From Convolutriloba macropyga (lineage: Eukaryota), in assembly GCF_964194025.1 (NCBI RefSeq), contig NC_134476.1:20026001-20090000 (forward strand): a stretch of 64,000 bases of DNA. The letters are read 5' to 3'. Each line of letters opens with the position of its first letter. Within the stretch, counting starts at the first letter, position 1. Positions 36,631 through 50,843 of this stretch are shown piece after piece. The position numbers were made by a program, and so were the translations under genes. The notes beneath the pieces were generated by a model that did not search any database, was not told the origin of the DNA, and saw only the letters and a program-made list of their open reading frames with translations.

Positions 36631-38920
36631 AAACCGAGCATTAGTTTGTAATGAATTAGAAAATAATAATGTTTGATTAATAACTTTCTAACATGTAACA
36701 ATAACCAAGTGGTTATTTTAATTTACATGTTTCAGATTTTAAAAAAATGTTCATAACATCTGATCAAGTTTAAGCATGATAAACATAAGACAAGCTGAGT
36801 GATTTTTGTCAGATTCGTTGTTAAAATCAACAATTAACTGTAAAAAATTGCAGTTTTGTAGTTCTTGAAGTGTTGATTAAAAAATCAGATAGGAAATCGA
36901 GAGTTTTTAACCTATAAAGTGTGCATAAATATGACAAAATGAAAATGAAAGAAGAAAGTTTAGTGATGTATAAGTTACTAAAAGTTGTAGAATTATTTTC
37001 AAAGAAATTAATCGATGCATGTACTTGTGATAATTCAAAAACGATTTAAATGGTTCTCAAACTAGGATCAATAAGAGTACCATTGGAATAGTAACTGACT
37101 GTAATTCATGATAATCGTTTAAACTTTGAATCAGTTGTTAGAAATTATTTCTGGATTAATTGGTCTCGTAAAAACTCGTAACCATATCTCTGAAATTTCA
37201 TTGCAAATTGAAAGATAAATCGTCAAAAAAACCAATGAGAGTAGAGCTCGACCGGATTGAACCCGGAAAAAACTTGCAAGTTAGGCATCCACCTTGTAAA
37301 ATCTTGCAGAAAACTATAGTTTGCGCACAAAGTTACCAGAGTTTGCCAGATAGACCTCTCGTCTTGCCTTTACGCAAAATTTATCAAGCATATAGGCTAC
37401 ACTTAAAACCGATAGTTGGTCTTTCTCGTTCCGAACAAAATTCATTTCCATTCAAGGAATACTCGCAAAAATAATTTCTTTTTAGTGAAAAATTTTCAAT
37501 TTATATATCATGTGAAATTTGTTTCATGTAACATATTTTAAACATCACCCATATTTTCTTTCGGTTTGTTTAAAACACTCAATTGGTTTAAAACACTATT
37601 GAATTTAAAAAACTTATGAACAATACAAAGACAAAATGCACTGGCACGATGGCAGTCTTTTTTCTTCAAAGCATAGCATTAACAAAAATTTTTTGAAGAT
37701 AAGATACTGTAAAAAAATTTTTGGATCAACATGACTTCACGCCATGAGTGATCTTTTTATTTCTGTTCTTTCTTTCTCTTTTGAAACAACTCTACAATAA
37801 AAATTCAACTGATTCGGTAGTTTGTTTCACAGTTTTCGCAGTTTTCCCAATTTCCGGTACTCGTACGAAGAGACCTTTTGCTTTTTGGAGCAAAGCCTTT
37901 ACTTGATGAAACGAATTTTTATCAAAGATGGGATCGCAGAAGTATGTTTTAACAAATAAATGTGAGTAAACCACGTTGAAGTAGTAGCTGAGATTTCAAT
38001 TTTCAGCTAAACTTCGTGCTAGCAGAACTTTTAATGGATTTGGAAAAATTTAATGTACGAATGAATTAAAAATTTGTACTCTTGTTTAATTAGTAACTTT
38101 CATTCGCTCAGGGGTCAGAAATTCGATATCTCTGATATATAAAATAAACATATTCCCTGGATCAATGGAACTATGGTAATTGCTACAGACGATTCGTCAA
38201 TTTTCTAAAATTGTTGGGAAACGAAATCAATGCAAGCAGTCCAACTCAGTCTCACAGTGGAGATTTTTATGGAGTGGAAAGCACTCAATCATGGGACGTC
38301 CTGAACATGAAAAAGGGGGCGTGCAGTGGGATCAATTTTGAAGCTCAAAACTCTTCAAAATTTTGGGTGCACTGAGTTGCCAAGAAGTGTAAAATGCTGT
38401 AATACTGGGGCTACCTAGGTGTTAAATGATGCCAGAGTAGGGCTACAGTGGGAGGACTTCCTCAAAAGTCCTCCCATTTCACCTCGACTCTTATATTGTC
38501 TTACTCATTTGAAAGCTGCACCCTCTCCCTTCAATTTTCAAACCCCATGCCCTATTCAGAGACCGAAGCCAGTTTTGAATCTACAATCTCTGCACCCTCA
38601 ACCAATATCTTTGGCCTCCATGCTACAAATACTTACAGTTCTTCTCCAATACTCGTCAGTCCATCATCTAGTGGGAATTTTTTGGAGAGTTACACTGTTC
38701 TACACCTCTCAATAAACTAACCCCTTCCCTGCCTCCATTTTTAAATCTTATTACTCCATTGGCAGCTCAACTGTTACATTAATTGATCCCCTCTTGGTAA
38801 TTTAATCCCTCATTCATACATCATTTTACTCTCATTTGCAGACCCATAGCTATATCATTTGACTCCTTATTGGTAGATTACACCCCCAATCTTTCAACTT
38901 TATGCCCTTATAGAAGCCTC

Positions 38921-41805
38921 ATAATTGTTCCGAACCCTCTTGAGGGGGGAGGAACTATATACTCAAATGGGTTTTCTTTGTTCAGTCAATTTTGGCCGAT
39001 CGATGTATTCATCGTAGAGAGTTGAGACTGATATCATTAGAAAGCTTGACCAGCGTAAAATATGGAATTAAAAAGATTTTTCTGATTTTCGTTTTTTACA
39101 GGGAGATATTGAGGTTTAAACTTTCGAAAAAATAGAGTGAGTTCCGTTGATTTCATTCACCTTTTTAAGGAATTTTTGACTAAAATTTCGCCAATTTTGA
39201 TAAAATTCACTAAAATTTTTCAAGAAAACGTTGTTGATTCTTCGTTTAAAGACAAAATATATTGTCGGCTATTTTCAATGATTTTTTTTTCATAAATTCC
39301 GGCCAACTATTTCACATAATTCAGACTTTTTCATCAAAAACGGCAAGATTTAAGTTTCTTTAGTCCACTCTGATTAAATTTGCTGGAAGTGCACACCCAA
39401 ACACCACTAACACAATCGTTGTAGACTGGAAGTGGGGCTTTTTCTACTTCAATTTTCGTTGAGAGTGCTTTGTAATTAAAACTTTGACGTTTTTGTTGCT
39501 AAATTTATCCGTTGATTATCAAACACGCAGCATCTATTTTTGGTTTTTTAATTAACAAAATATCTATATCAATGACATTCTACTATTCAAGGAACTTTAC
39601 AAACCAAAGTTAATTCAGATTGTCATCAGTCGGTTTTTTATATAAAAAACTCGATATTTTTTTTATTATTTAAATAACAGAACATTTCAAGTCAAAGTTC
39701 ACTAGTGACAGGTCCTATTGGCTTCCTAATTAACTCTAAATCAATTTTTCTAGTTGATTGCCTTAAAGCATATGGTCGTTTTGACATTTAAAATATTTGA
39801 TTTTTAAAAAAAAGCTTATTGAACTTTGCCTCAATTTTTCTCTTAATTTGGTCAACTTGTAGCTTAGTGTCAGCAATCAAAGTGTGCCCCTTCTGTCTGC
39901 TGAATTCAAAATTAGTCTTTTCTTTGGTTTTACGCCTTAAGTTATGGTGTTCTGGTTTTGATACTACTAGATTTCACAACTTTTTTTCTAATTTTTAGGT
40001 GTTTGCCAAATTTTCATATTTTCTAGTTTTGTCAAATTATCAGGTTATTGGCAGTTTATATGTCACATTTTTTGTTTAAAAACAATGCACAGTTGATAAA
40101 ATTTAAATCCTTAAAGATATAGATTGTGGTTCTTTACCGCTTCGGCAATACTTTCCCGAAGAATCATTTTTACATTGTCTGTTTAGTCGTATTTAATTTC
40201 CTGTACAATGACCCAATTTGATTGGCTTTTTTTGAAGGAGTAGATGAGCCGATGTTCTGATATTTGAAGATAGATGATGGCTCTCATGATTTTAACAAAA
40301 AAAAACACTTCAGTTTCTCAATTTTGTTCCTCTTATTGTCTGTTTGTCGCCTGGTCTCGTTTATTAAAGGCTAAAGACGACATAATTTGTCAAGGGAAGG
40401 TGTCAAATGTTATTGGTGTCACAAAATCCAAAGTTTTTCACGAATTCATTATGACTTTACTGTCTTCGACTCGGGTTTTTCACAAAAAAAGTATATTAAT
40501 TTTTGATTTTTGTCGTATTTGACGTTCTTTTTGGTAGACGTAACACATGTTCTGGATAGTTGCAGGCCTCAAGGGCTTCCTTTGGGAAAATAAAGGAACC
40601 TATTCGGCTTTTTCATTTTTTAACTAATGGCTTTCATTTTTTTGGAGATAAAATTTTTTCGATAAAAACAAGTATTGCAAAATCTTGTTTTTTTTCTTTT
40701 TTGTCAAATAGTTACAAAGTTTCGTTAATAAGAGTTGGCATCATACTTTTCGAGGGAAGGTGTCAAAGGGATTGGTGTTACAAAATCTAATACTTTAAGA
40801 GAATTCGTTATGCCTTTACTGGCTTCCACACGAGTTTTTCACAAAAAAAAATAATTGAATTTTAGATTTTTGTCATATTTGAGGTTCTTTTTGTAGTCGT
40901 AAGACATATCGAGGATTATTGCAGCTCTCAAGGACTTCCTTTGGAAGAATGGACGAACATATACATATTTTCTTTTATAATTAATGGCTTACATGTCTTT
41001 GGAAATATATTTTTTTTCGAAAAGGAAACAATTTGTACACAATTTTGCATTTTTACCTTTTTTGTCTAATTGCTACTTAGTTTCATTATTGAGCGGTCAC
41101 ACAATACATTATCGGTATTCGACGAAGGTGCAGTTGAGCATGTTTTGGGGGCCAAAGTATGGCTTTACGGCTTCCAATGCATTTTCTGGCAAGTTTTAAT
41201 TGATTTTATTTGTTGTCTATTTGTTGTTCTTTTTGTAACTGCATAAAAAATTGAACATCGAGAGTTCTTAATTCGCTTCTATAGAAGCATTGGTAATTTT
41301 AAACCTATGTTTTAATTGATTCCTATTATCTTTCCTTACTTTGAAAAAAATTGTTTTTTAAAAAAAATTCAGCGAATTTTCTAACTTTTTTAACCTAGCT
41401 TTATTATGATCTGGTGAATAACCAATTTTTTCTAATGAATTACAAGTTATTTTGTTATACTCAGTTTTATGTGACGCTTTTTTGACCTCGTTATTAAGTT
41501 TTGTTTTTTAAAACGGACATAAATTTTTTGATGTGATAAATGTTTGTTGCTGTTGTTTGATGTTGCCGTTCGTCTTTGCTCGCTTTCTTAATATCGGCAT
41601 ATCTCATCAATCTAATGCATCATTTTTACTCCACTGAGTTCATTGATTTGGAGGCTATCTTTTTGTTCATACACCAGTTTTTTTGAAAAATACTTGAATT
41701 TTTGTGTGCCTTATTTGGTAGACAATTATGCCAAAATTGTGGATGTGCGGGGTCGGAACCTTATGTGCAATCGCACATTACCGATCCTCCTTTTTTTACT
41801 ATATT
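38921..41805 (+). mobile_element. Helentron/Helitron2-like non-autonomous element B
   Basis: ATAATTGTTCCGA...AGGGGGGAGGAACTATATACTC left end; GGGGTCGGAAC (41749-41759) then ATGTGC-AATC-GCACAT hairpin; internal ~360-bp duplication (near 40390 and 40752). Confidence 0.65.
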
Positions 41806-42249
41806 ATCGGTTCAGGACAAATTGTATCCTCTTAAAATGTTGTCTAGCTCAACTGGAGTGGCGGGAGGAGGTCTCTTCCTGAGATGAGTAGTCCCCTTGC
41901 AGTCAGACCAACTCAGCCCATCCCAATAATGCAGCCCTCTCTTCTATCTTGATTTATTGTCACGGGATAGTTTCTCGGAAATCTTTTCATTTCAGACCAT
42001 GGCAGTAACTCTTTTACATCACTTTAGACCCTCTGAGCCAAAAAGACGACTACATGATTTTGCCCCCCTCTCTTTAGACAAACTCTTAGTTTAAGATGGA
42101 ATGAAATTAGAGGTGACTTATATCCCCCGTTTTTTGATTGGTTCAATATGCAATCACTTAGCGTATATGTTGCTGCATATTGCATTCACTCAGTTAGATA
42201 CTCTCGAAACAATTAAAATATTAAATCCAAAACTACAAGAAATTTCTCT

Positions 42250-43051
42250 CCCCGGTCAAAGAAAAATCGGAAAAATATATAAGATAAGCAATGTTTTTTC
42301 ACTGCAAATTTCTTAGATAATTAGTTTTTGCTGTGAAATGCGGTGAAATTATGTAAATCCACCGCTATAATAAGCGGTGAACTTACAAAAGTTCACACCA
42401 CTTCACCGCCCTTGCAAGGGTTTGAACCCCTCACCTCCTGGTTCTCATGCACTTATTCTTCCACTGTGCCATCTCTCACTAACGTTTAAAAATTTTGTTT
42501 TGAATATAAATCAGTATCACTCTACTTTCTGCAGAACATGAGTGGTGAATTTTCGTAAAATTTCCGATTTTTAGGGGTGAAATTACATATTTTAGCCGTG
42601 AAATGTAGTGATTTTTTGTAAGTTCACCTCTTACTCTAGTGGTGAAATTACAAAAATTCACCTCTTAGAAAAAATTTGTCAAAGAGATGTAAGAGTAAGG
42701 GGTAATTTTTTTTTTGGGGGGGGGGCTTAAATCTAACAATTCCTCTCTTGTTCCCCACCGCATTCACTGCTGATCTCACACAATTTGAAAACTTTTTTCT
42801 TACCGGTGATTTCATTGCAATCATCGCTAATCTCACATAATTTGTACTTTTTTTAGAGCGCTGAATTTCCGTAAATTCACCGCTAAAATCAGCGGTGAAA
42901 TCATGTAATTTCACAGCTACCAAGTGATAAAGATTTTTATCACCGCCTGATTTACGTAATTTCACCACATACATCGCTTTTCTTACAAAATTTCCCACAT
43001 TCACCGCTTATCTTACGTAATTTTGCGTTGAATGACGCACCTCAACCCAAG
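42250..43051. mobile_element. CCC...GGG MITE (CMC/EnSpm-like) copy 1 with tRNA-like core
   Basis: Degenerate TIRs CCCCGGTCAAAG / CTCAACCCAAG, 2-bp TSD CT, many TTCACCGC/GCGGTGAA repeats; homologous to the copies at 58325 and 60967. Confidence 0.75.
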
Positions 43052-43425
43052 CTATTTGTTCCAAGTAAAATGCAAAGAAAATGCTGATCGAACTTCATTT
43101 TGGTTCGACTAGTTTGGAATCTTTTGCATTTTTGAACCATTTTGCAGGGAGTAAGTTAACTGTCGCATTTGCATTGACATGCAAAGTTTTACCCTTCTTT
43201 AGTTACAAATGCTGGCCAGCTAAAAATAGTAAGTCAGAGTTTCGAAGTGACTTCCGCAGAGTCACTTAGCCATGCTTAAAACACGAAACGCGCACGTTTT
43301 GAAATGTCGAAAGTCAACGGAAGTCACCTTCTGGCTAAGTAGCAACTTCTGATATTTTAAATTCTGGCACTGCAGACTATCGGCTTTTAAAATGTGCACG
43401 TGAGTGTCTTAACGAGAAGATAGGT

Positions 43426-44125
43426 CTTGATGAGCCGACAAAATTTCGTCCATTGAAAAACTGAAAACTTAATGGTATTTTTGAAAAAAATTTTAACAAG
43501 AAAGATGAATTTCACGAGGAACTTTAAATCAGCGTCATGCTATGTTCCAGACTTCATAGTGTTTATTGTATTGATTGTTGTCAAAGCTAACATTGTTGAT
43601 AACAAGAAGAAGTAATTTTGTATGAGTATGGAAACAAACAGTCCATTAAACATTTGTGAATTTTTTGTTAACTACTGATTAGTTTCCAAGAAACGTCCTC
43701 TTTGAATTTTTTGTTCAGTTCTTTTATTAGTTTCAGGCAAAATTTCTTGAGCGCTGCTTTTTGTCATACACATACATGTATTTGAAAAAAGAAACAGCGC
43801 TCAAGAAATTTTCCCTCAAAATAGTAAAAGAATTGAATAAAAAATTCAAAGAGGAAGTTTCTTGGAAACTGATCAGTAATTAACAAAAAAATCACAAATG
43901 TTCAATAGACTGTTTGTTTCCATACTCTTATACAAAATAACTTCTTCTTATTATCAACAATGTTAGCTCTGACAACAACCAATATAATAATTACTATGAA
44001 GTCTGGAACATAGCATGACGCTGATTTAAAGTTCCCCATGAAACTCATTTTCTGGTTAAAATTTTCTTCCAACAATACCATTAAGTTTTCACTTCTTCAA
44101 TAAACAAATTTTATAGGCTAACAAC
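43426..44125. repeat. ~700-bp foldback palindrome (MITE-like)
   Basis: Arms pair throughout, for example GGAACTTTAAATCAGCGTCATGCTATGTTCCAGACTTCATAGT with ACTATGAAGTCTGGAACATAGCATGACGCTGATTTAAAGTTCC; centre TACATGTA near 43776. Confidence 0.93.
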
Positions 44126-44321
44126 AAAAACCATTTAGCTTACTTGAAATTAATTAAGTTGTTCTTCTCTCTAGCGTGAAATTTATAAATTGTAAAGGCT
44201 AGCCCGCTTCTTGGAATCTAAAAACAAAAATTGAAGTAAAGTAGACATGAATTGTTTCACAAAAGGTTTCGATATGAAAAACAACTTATCGCAGAAATTA
44301 TTGCCTTTTTTGTCTGTTCAG

Positions 44322-44504
44322 AAGGTGAATTAGACTACCTTGTGGACCTGAACGAACATAACAGTGATTATGCTTTTGATGTTAAACACTGTTTGGAATT
44401 GGGTCCTGAAATCCTCGGAAATGCGTGGAAATTTCAATTGAACTTGGGAGAGAGACATTACATTAAGGCTGTTGGATTCTACAATCGCCGAGATCAACTG
44501 ACAG
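44322..44504 (+). CDS. Same gene, F-type lectin (FTP)/discoidin-like domain 1, first half
   Basis: YLVD...HCLE...WKFQLNLGERHYIKAVGFYNRRD; TGTTCAG/GTAAAG, phase 1-1. Confidence 0.78.
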
Positions 44505-44649
44505 GTAAAGTCATTTCATAAATTGTTTCTTCGAGGTGCCTTTAAAAACCTGTTTAATATTTCTATGGAGCTATATAGATCCGATCATATGTGCCCAGTT
44601 TGCAGTCGAGATCGTAGTGGCCTCAAATCAGACCATTACTAGAAAAGCA

Positions 44650-46185
44650 GACCATACCTGTTTCAGAAGCTTTATTTTTGCGCGATCTTTTTACAAGAAC
44701 GTATGTCCAATATGATCAACATGAAAAACGGAAAAAGGATTACATCCCGCGGTGTTTGCCTTTTATTGGCCACCATATCCAATAACCATATATGAATCCA
44801 TACAATTCTTACAGAAATTTCCATGCATGATCTTGCCATGATTGCCGAGATTTGCATAGAATTTTTTTCGGCATACTGAGGATTTGACAAGTTTGTCTTG
44901 GTAAACTAAATCATATGAGTCATCTATCTCAACAAGTTCGCATCCAAGAAACCATATACATGACATCTAAGCTTAAAGCAACTAGTCAAACAGTGCTCGT
45001 TGTTTTTAGATAGGTTTCATTTTTAATTGCTCTCAAACGAAGTTTGTAGCAATTATATTAGTCCTTTTGGTCTTTTTTACAACTCGAAGATGAGTATTGA
45101 AATTCTACACGTTTTTTAAGCTGATTTCAATAAAAATGTAAGGTTAGATAATAGTTTTTATTGCCCGACTTTTCTCCATATCTACCAGTCATAGAAACGG
45201 TTTTAGGGAGTTATACTTATGGTGCGAAGGGCGGTTCTTAGAGGTCGAGCCCCACCTAAACCCCTCGCCCCATCAGCCCCTTCACTTCACACCCCCACCA
45301 ATCCCCACCTCTGCAAATTGTTCAGGCCATAAGGGCCGCATGCAGACAAAGACCTCTCCCACCATCCCTCCTACGCCCCCTCCCCCGCTGCGCTCACCTT
45401 ACGCGTCTTCAATTAAGCTAAAGCTAGCCTCACAAAAACCGTGGCTAGCTACAAAGAAGCCAACTGTTCGTCGGTCGTTTGAGAGAATTTACCCGACATT
45501 AGTTGGTTATGTTTATCATCTATGGTCATCCTTGGCACCATGAACCTCTATGGTCTTGGATATGGTTGCCAAGAAACCATAGACTTGACTTTTTTCAAAA
45601 GATTTTTTTACACCCTGATTGACCACCATAAACCTTTCCTGGCAACCATATCCAATCATACATCGAGTATATAGTAACTTGGCTTCCATATAGTTGACCA
45701 TGAAAAAAATCAATATTGCTCAAAGAGCTCTTAAAACACCCATGCATTGCACTCTGAATGGGAAAAATCTCATCAAGACACTTGAAAAAAAAAGAGAAAA
45801 ACATGGTGTTTTGGGAACCATATCCAAGGCTATACACATTTTCGGTGCCATGTAGCCATGTAAGACCATAAAAGTCAAGGTCAAACCATACAAAAAATAC
45901 AGAAAACAGTTCAACCAACATCTTTGGACTACATTAAAACTTCCAAAAAATTAAATTCGTTTAGTTTAATTTTTATGTCTTGGCGACCATATCCAAGACC
46001 ATAAAAATCTATGGTCTTGGATATGGTTGCTAAGAAATAAAAAAATTGAGAATCATATGGGGAAATGTTGGCAATCATGGCAAGACTGTATTAGAAATAT
46101 TTGTATGGCCTAGATGAAAAATATATGTATGGTCAGTTATATGGTTGCCAATTTTTGTATGACGCCATATATGGCCTGGGTATGG
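44650..46185. repeat. Degenerate element rich in ACCATA(TCCA)/(TGGA)TATGGT motifs
   Basis: Motif repeated many times in both orientations (near 44772, 45558, 45645, 45817, 45986, 46018); termini not resolved. Confidence 0.45.
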
Positions 46186-46468
46186 TGTCCACGATTTATC
46201 TATGGTGTTCAAACCAATATCTCAAACTCATATATGTTTTAATTGAGGCAGTCACATGTGCCAGCAGAAGTAGCAGCGGTAGTTACACTCGGATGTACCG
46301 TTCTAGTAAGTGATAAAATCTCTATAAAACAAAAACCACCAAACGCCAATTGGGCATAAATGCAGAAATGATAACAGAAAATTGAGCTGTGGGATAAGTT
46401 TCTAAATTAGCCTGATAATAAACAAATTGCGCAACAGAAAACCTATTTTGCAAATTTTACAATTACTT

Positions 46469-49051
46469 ATTGATCCGAACCGTTTTAGTAGGGGGGAGGA
46501 ATTATATATTCTAATGGTTTTTTGTTCATTCAATTCTGGTCGATAGATATATTGATCGCAGACAGTTGTTTATTGCTCTCAAACATTTTTTGAACAATTA
46601 TAACCCTGTTTGTCTTTTTTATGCAATTTTCGCCTGACCAATTTTTCGTCTGACTTTTCGTCCTCAAAAACGAGATAAACAGGTAGCAACTAGAGAATTT
46701 TAAGTGCTCTTAAGGCTCATCAGCTCACTAGTCACTATATATGCGATTCAGCGAAACTGTTTTGGAGACTTATACTTATGCTTTTGTCTTTTTAAAAACA
46801 CTAATTGATGCAACGTCTTACTAAAAAAAAAAACAGCATTTTTTGTTTTTTTTTCAATATTTTTACAGACTAGAAAAATTGCAATGGAGCCTTGCCTACT
46901 AACCATTTTTTTCAAAATGGAACCCCATAATGATTTATTACGTTTTGAGAGAGAATTTGATGGCTTTTACGACAAAATGTTTTCTTTAAATTCGAATCGA
47001 ATTCTTGTGTTTTGCACGCATTTTTTGTCCTTTTCTGATTATTTGCTATATAGTTTCTAATATAAACAGCGATTAAATCGTTTTTCAAGAGAAAAGTTTT
47101 ATCTTAACTGCCTGGAGACATAAGCAATTATGTTTCATGATTTCGTTTAATTGTTAATGTTAGTAAAAACTTTTTGAAATTTTTCCTATTCAAAAATTTG
47201 GTTGACTTTTTGAACTCTGGCCATTCCTATTCTTTTGACAATTTGTATCTTAGTATTTTTTGGGACATCTCCATCCAATTTTGGTGGAGCAAACTCTAAT
47301 CCGTTTATTGCTTTTATGTTGCGGCTGATGGTTTCATGCCTATAACGCTATGTGGTTTCAGTTTTATTTTTTTAAAACTTCGATGACTGTGGTCATTTTG
47401 TGTTGTTTTTTCTCACAGTCTTCTAGAAGCGAGGGCTCCCTATTTTTCAAAAAAAACCTCAATTCATCAGTTGTTTAAGAGTTCAATTTATAGCTTATCG
47501 TTTAAGGGGCTTCAAAAATGTCTTGTTGGTAAAATCGTTTTTTGAAATTTGAGCTCTGTCTGCACTCGTTTTTGATTTGCTGTCTGAAGACTTAGTCCCA
47601 ACTGAATTAAAACACAATTGGCATCACGTGAAAATTAAAATATTTTATGATTTACTAAATTTGGGAATTTATGTTTCTTATAAAAATTTTGAAAACGTGT
47701 AGTTTAACTAAATCGTAAAATTTAATAATTTCGGCAATTTTTTTTCTCATTTTTGACAATTTGCTACATAGCTTCAGATATAAACTGCACGCAAATCTTT
47801 TCTCTAGAAGAAAAATTTTATTTTCTATCTTCTGGAGATATAAGCAATTGTATTTCACGATTGCAATTGTTTGTTAACATTTGTCATGATTTTCAATTTT
47901 TTTGTTTCCAAAAAATTGATCGAACTTTAGAACTCTGATCATTTCTATTCTCTTGAATATTTGTATCATAGTTTTTTTTAAAGCTAACTCTCAAAAAAAT
48001 TGTTGTGAATCAAAGTCTAATCCTTTTATTGCTTTTACTATAGTTTAAAGTTTAAATTTTTTGGTTTTAATTTTTTGACTTTGTTTTAATAATATCGTAA
48101 AATATATTAATTTCGGCAAATTCATACCTTGTTTCTGACTATTTGCTACATAGTTTCTAATATAAACAACGTTTACATCTTTTTTCTAGAGAGAAAATTT
48201 TTCTTCGTCCTCATTAGAAATAAGCAACTGTTGTTCAAGATTTCAGTTAACTGTTCATGATAAAAACGATTTTTAGTTCTTTTGATTTTTCAAAACTTTG
48301 CACTACCTTTTGAACTGTAGCCATTTCTATTCTTTTGAAAACTTGTATCTTAGTATATCTCTTGTCCATTTTTGGTGGAGCGAACTCCAATCTTCTTATT
48401 GCTTTTGTGTTGCAGTTGATGGTTTTATGGTTATGACGCTATGTGGTTTCAGATTTTTTTTTAAATTTAGATGCTGGTCATGGCTGTGGTCATTTTGTGT
48501 TTTTGTTGCATTGTCTCCTTGAAGCGAGAACTCACTGATTTGTCTTGATCTCAACTAAATAAAACACAATTGGCGTCCCTTGAAGATAAAAGTTTCGTCT
48601 GATTCACTAAATTTCATAGTTTCTTGTTTAAAAGTTTGGAATATATTTGGTTTAAATAAATCGTAATATTTATTAATTTCGGTGATTTCTTCATCTAATT
48701 TCGGGAAATCTGATTCATAGTACAGAGCTTACCTATAAACAGAACTTACATATTTTTTCTAGAGAAATACTTTCATCTTTTTCTGCTTGTGACATAAGAA
48801 GTTTTGTTTCATGATTTCAGTTGATTGCTAATGTTAATATTTTTTTTTATTTTGACAAATTTGATCGACCTTTTGAACTCTGATCATTCCTTTATCGTTG
48901 AATTTTTCACATATTTTATCTGGGTGTTTTAAATGACATCTCCCATTCACTTTTGGTAGAGCAAACTAATCCTTTTTTTTCGTTTTTATATAGCAGCTAA
49001 TTGTTTTATAGCTATCACGCTACGTGGTATAATTTTTTTAATTTTGATTCT
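46469..49051 (+). mobile_element. Helentron-like element C (left end only; right end not located)
   Basis: ATTGATCCGAAC...AGGGGGGAGGAATTATATATTC left end homologous to A and B; interior has diverged 380-720-bp tandem units running into an assembly gap. Confidence 0.5.
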
Positions 49052-49299
49052 NNNNNNNNNNNNNNNNNNNNNNNNNNNNNNNNNNNNNNNNNNNNNNNNN
49101 NNNNNNNNNNNNNNNNNNNNNNNNNNNNNNNNNNNNNNNNNNNNNNNNNNNNNNNNNNNNNNNNNNNNNNNNNNNNNNNNNNNNNNNNNNNNNNNNNNNN
49201 NNNNNNNNNNNNNNNNNNNNNNNNNNNNNNNNNNNNNNNNNNNNNNNNNNNNNNNNNNNNNNNNNNNNNNNNNNNNNNNNNNNNNNNNNNNNNNNNNNN
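49052..49299. other. Assembly gap
   Basis: Run of 248 N. Confidence 1.
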
Positions 49300-50843
49300 A
49301 TTTTGTTTTTTTGCATATTGACTTGAAATGAAGGCTCCTTGATATTAAAACAAATACGTTGAACTGGTTTGAAAGAAACAATAATTTTTTTTATTTGAGG
49401 CGTTTTTCTTATCTTACGACCATTTGCTACAAATTCTCAAATGGAAAGAAAAACTCCAGAGTAAAAAAATATTCATTTTATTAGTTTTGTTTATTAGAGG
49501 TTTTGTGGCATCAATATTTTGTGTTTTCCTTATTATTTCGTGATTTGATTAATTGTTCCTTTATAATATTTTACCATTTTTGTGTTTTTTTGATCCCTGC
49601 CGGACTACAACACTAAAAACGTATTTCTGGATAATGAGATATTTTAATGGCTGCCTCCATTAACGTTTAAAAAAGCTGCCCAAAAAAGCTTTGATTTTTT
49701 TTCTTCTCAATTATATTTTAAAATATGAACGTTTTTCTTCAAGTTTCGCTCTTTCGTTCGTTTTCTATCTAAGCGTTACATTGTCTCAATAAGAACCGGT
49801 CCCACATGGATTTTTGGGCGAAATGAAAGTTTTTTGCTGCTGCCGAATGAAAAGTTAATTGATTGTTTCAATTGATACAATTTAGACGTTTGGCCTGGTA
49901 CTATCTGTTTAAATTTTGACTTTTTAGAAGCGTTTGTAAAAAATAGAGATTGATTTTTGGTCGTAATTAACAGCTATTTTTCGTATTTTTCATCCTGTTT
50001 CATAACCTTATCATAGTCAGTAATCAGTGGTTCTCCAGGGTTGCGTTAATCATTTCTTTTTTTTCGTTAACGAAGGCTCCCAATGGCTCCGATGGAGTTA
50101 CATAAGATTCTATATAGTATTTGCAGTTGACAGCTGATGATTGACTTTTCCTCTTTTAATTCTTGTTCCTCTTGACTTATACAAAGTCTCATTACGGAAT
50201 GGTCTTATCTGTTTTTTTTCAGTTTGCTTTTAAGATAAATTAATTTTAACAAATTATTTTCGAAGAGAATGGGTATTTTGTAATGTTGTATTTTCTTTTC
50301 CTCTTTTAATAGACAATTAAGTCAAAATAAGAGCAGATCTTTTCATTGTCGAATTTTACTGCATTTTTCTTTAATAAATGAAAAATTCAAATTAGCCACG
50401 AATATAGCTCATCTTCGAGTTTACTACTTCATTGCTGAATTTTGCTTGATCGTGTTGTGTTACCTTTGCAGAAAAATTATCGAGCGATCAAATAACTTAT
50501 TTTAGCTGTTTTGAATTTTTTGCCGAAAAGAAATTTGCAATTTTTGCGTATTAATTTATTATTTTCATTGTTTCATTTTTATCATAGAAAAGTCATTTGC
50601 ATATAAATTTTGGACTTTCTGTTTCGAAATGTGAACTGGGAATTGAAATAGCCCCTAGCTTCGGTATACAGCAATGAATTCCTACTAATAGACTGTCTTG
50701 AGGTTAGCTGTTGGAAGCTTTGAATTTTACTGAGTAGAGGCATTTATAGAATTTTTCCCATTTATAGAAAAGGCCTTTATTGAAAAAGTTCTATGCAATA
50801 ACTCATTATCCGCAAAAGCTGCCCAATTTTTATGCTGTTTCAG

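Noticed and set aside
38419-38720. Ser/Thr-rich ORFs as a mucin-like exon
   Set aside because: No convincing splice sites; compositionally biased sequence.
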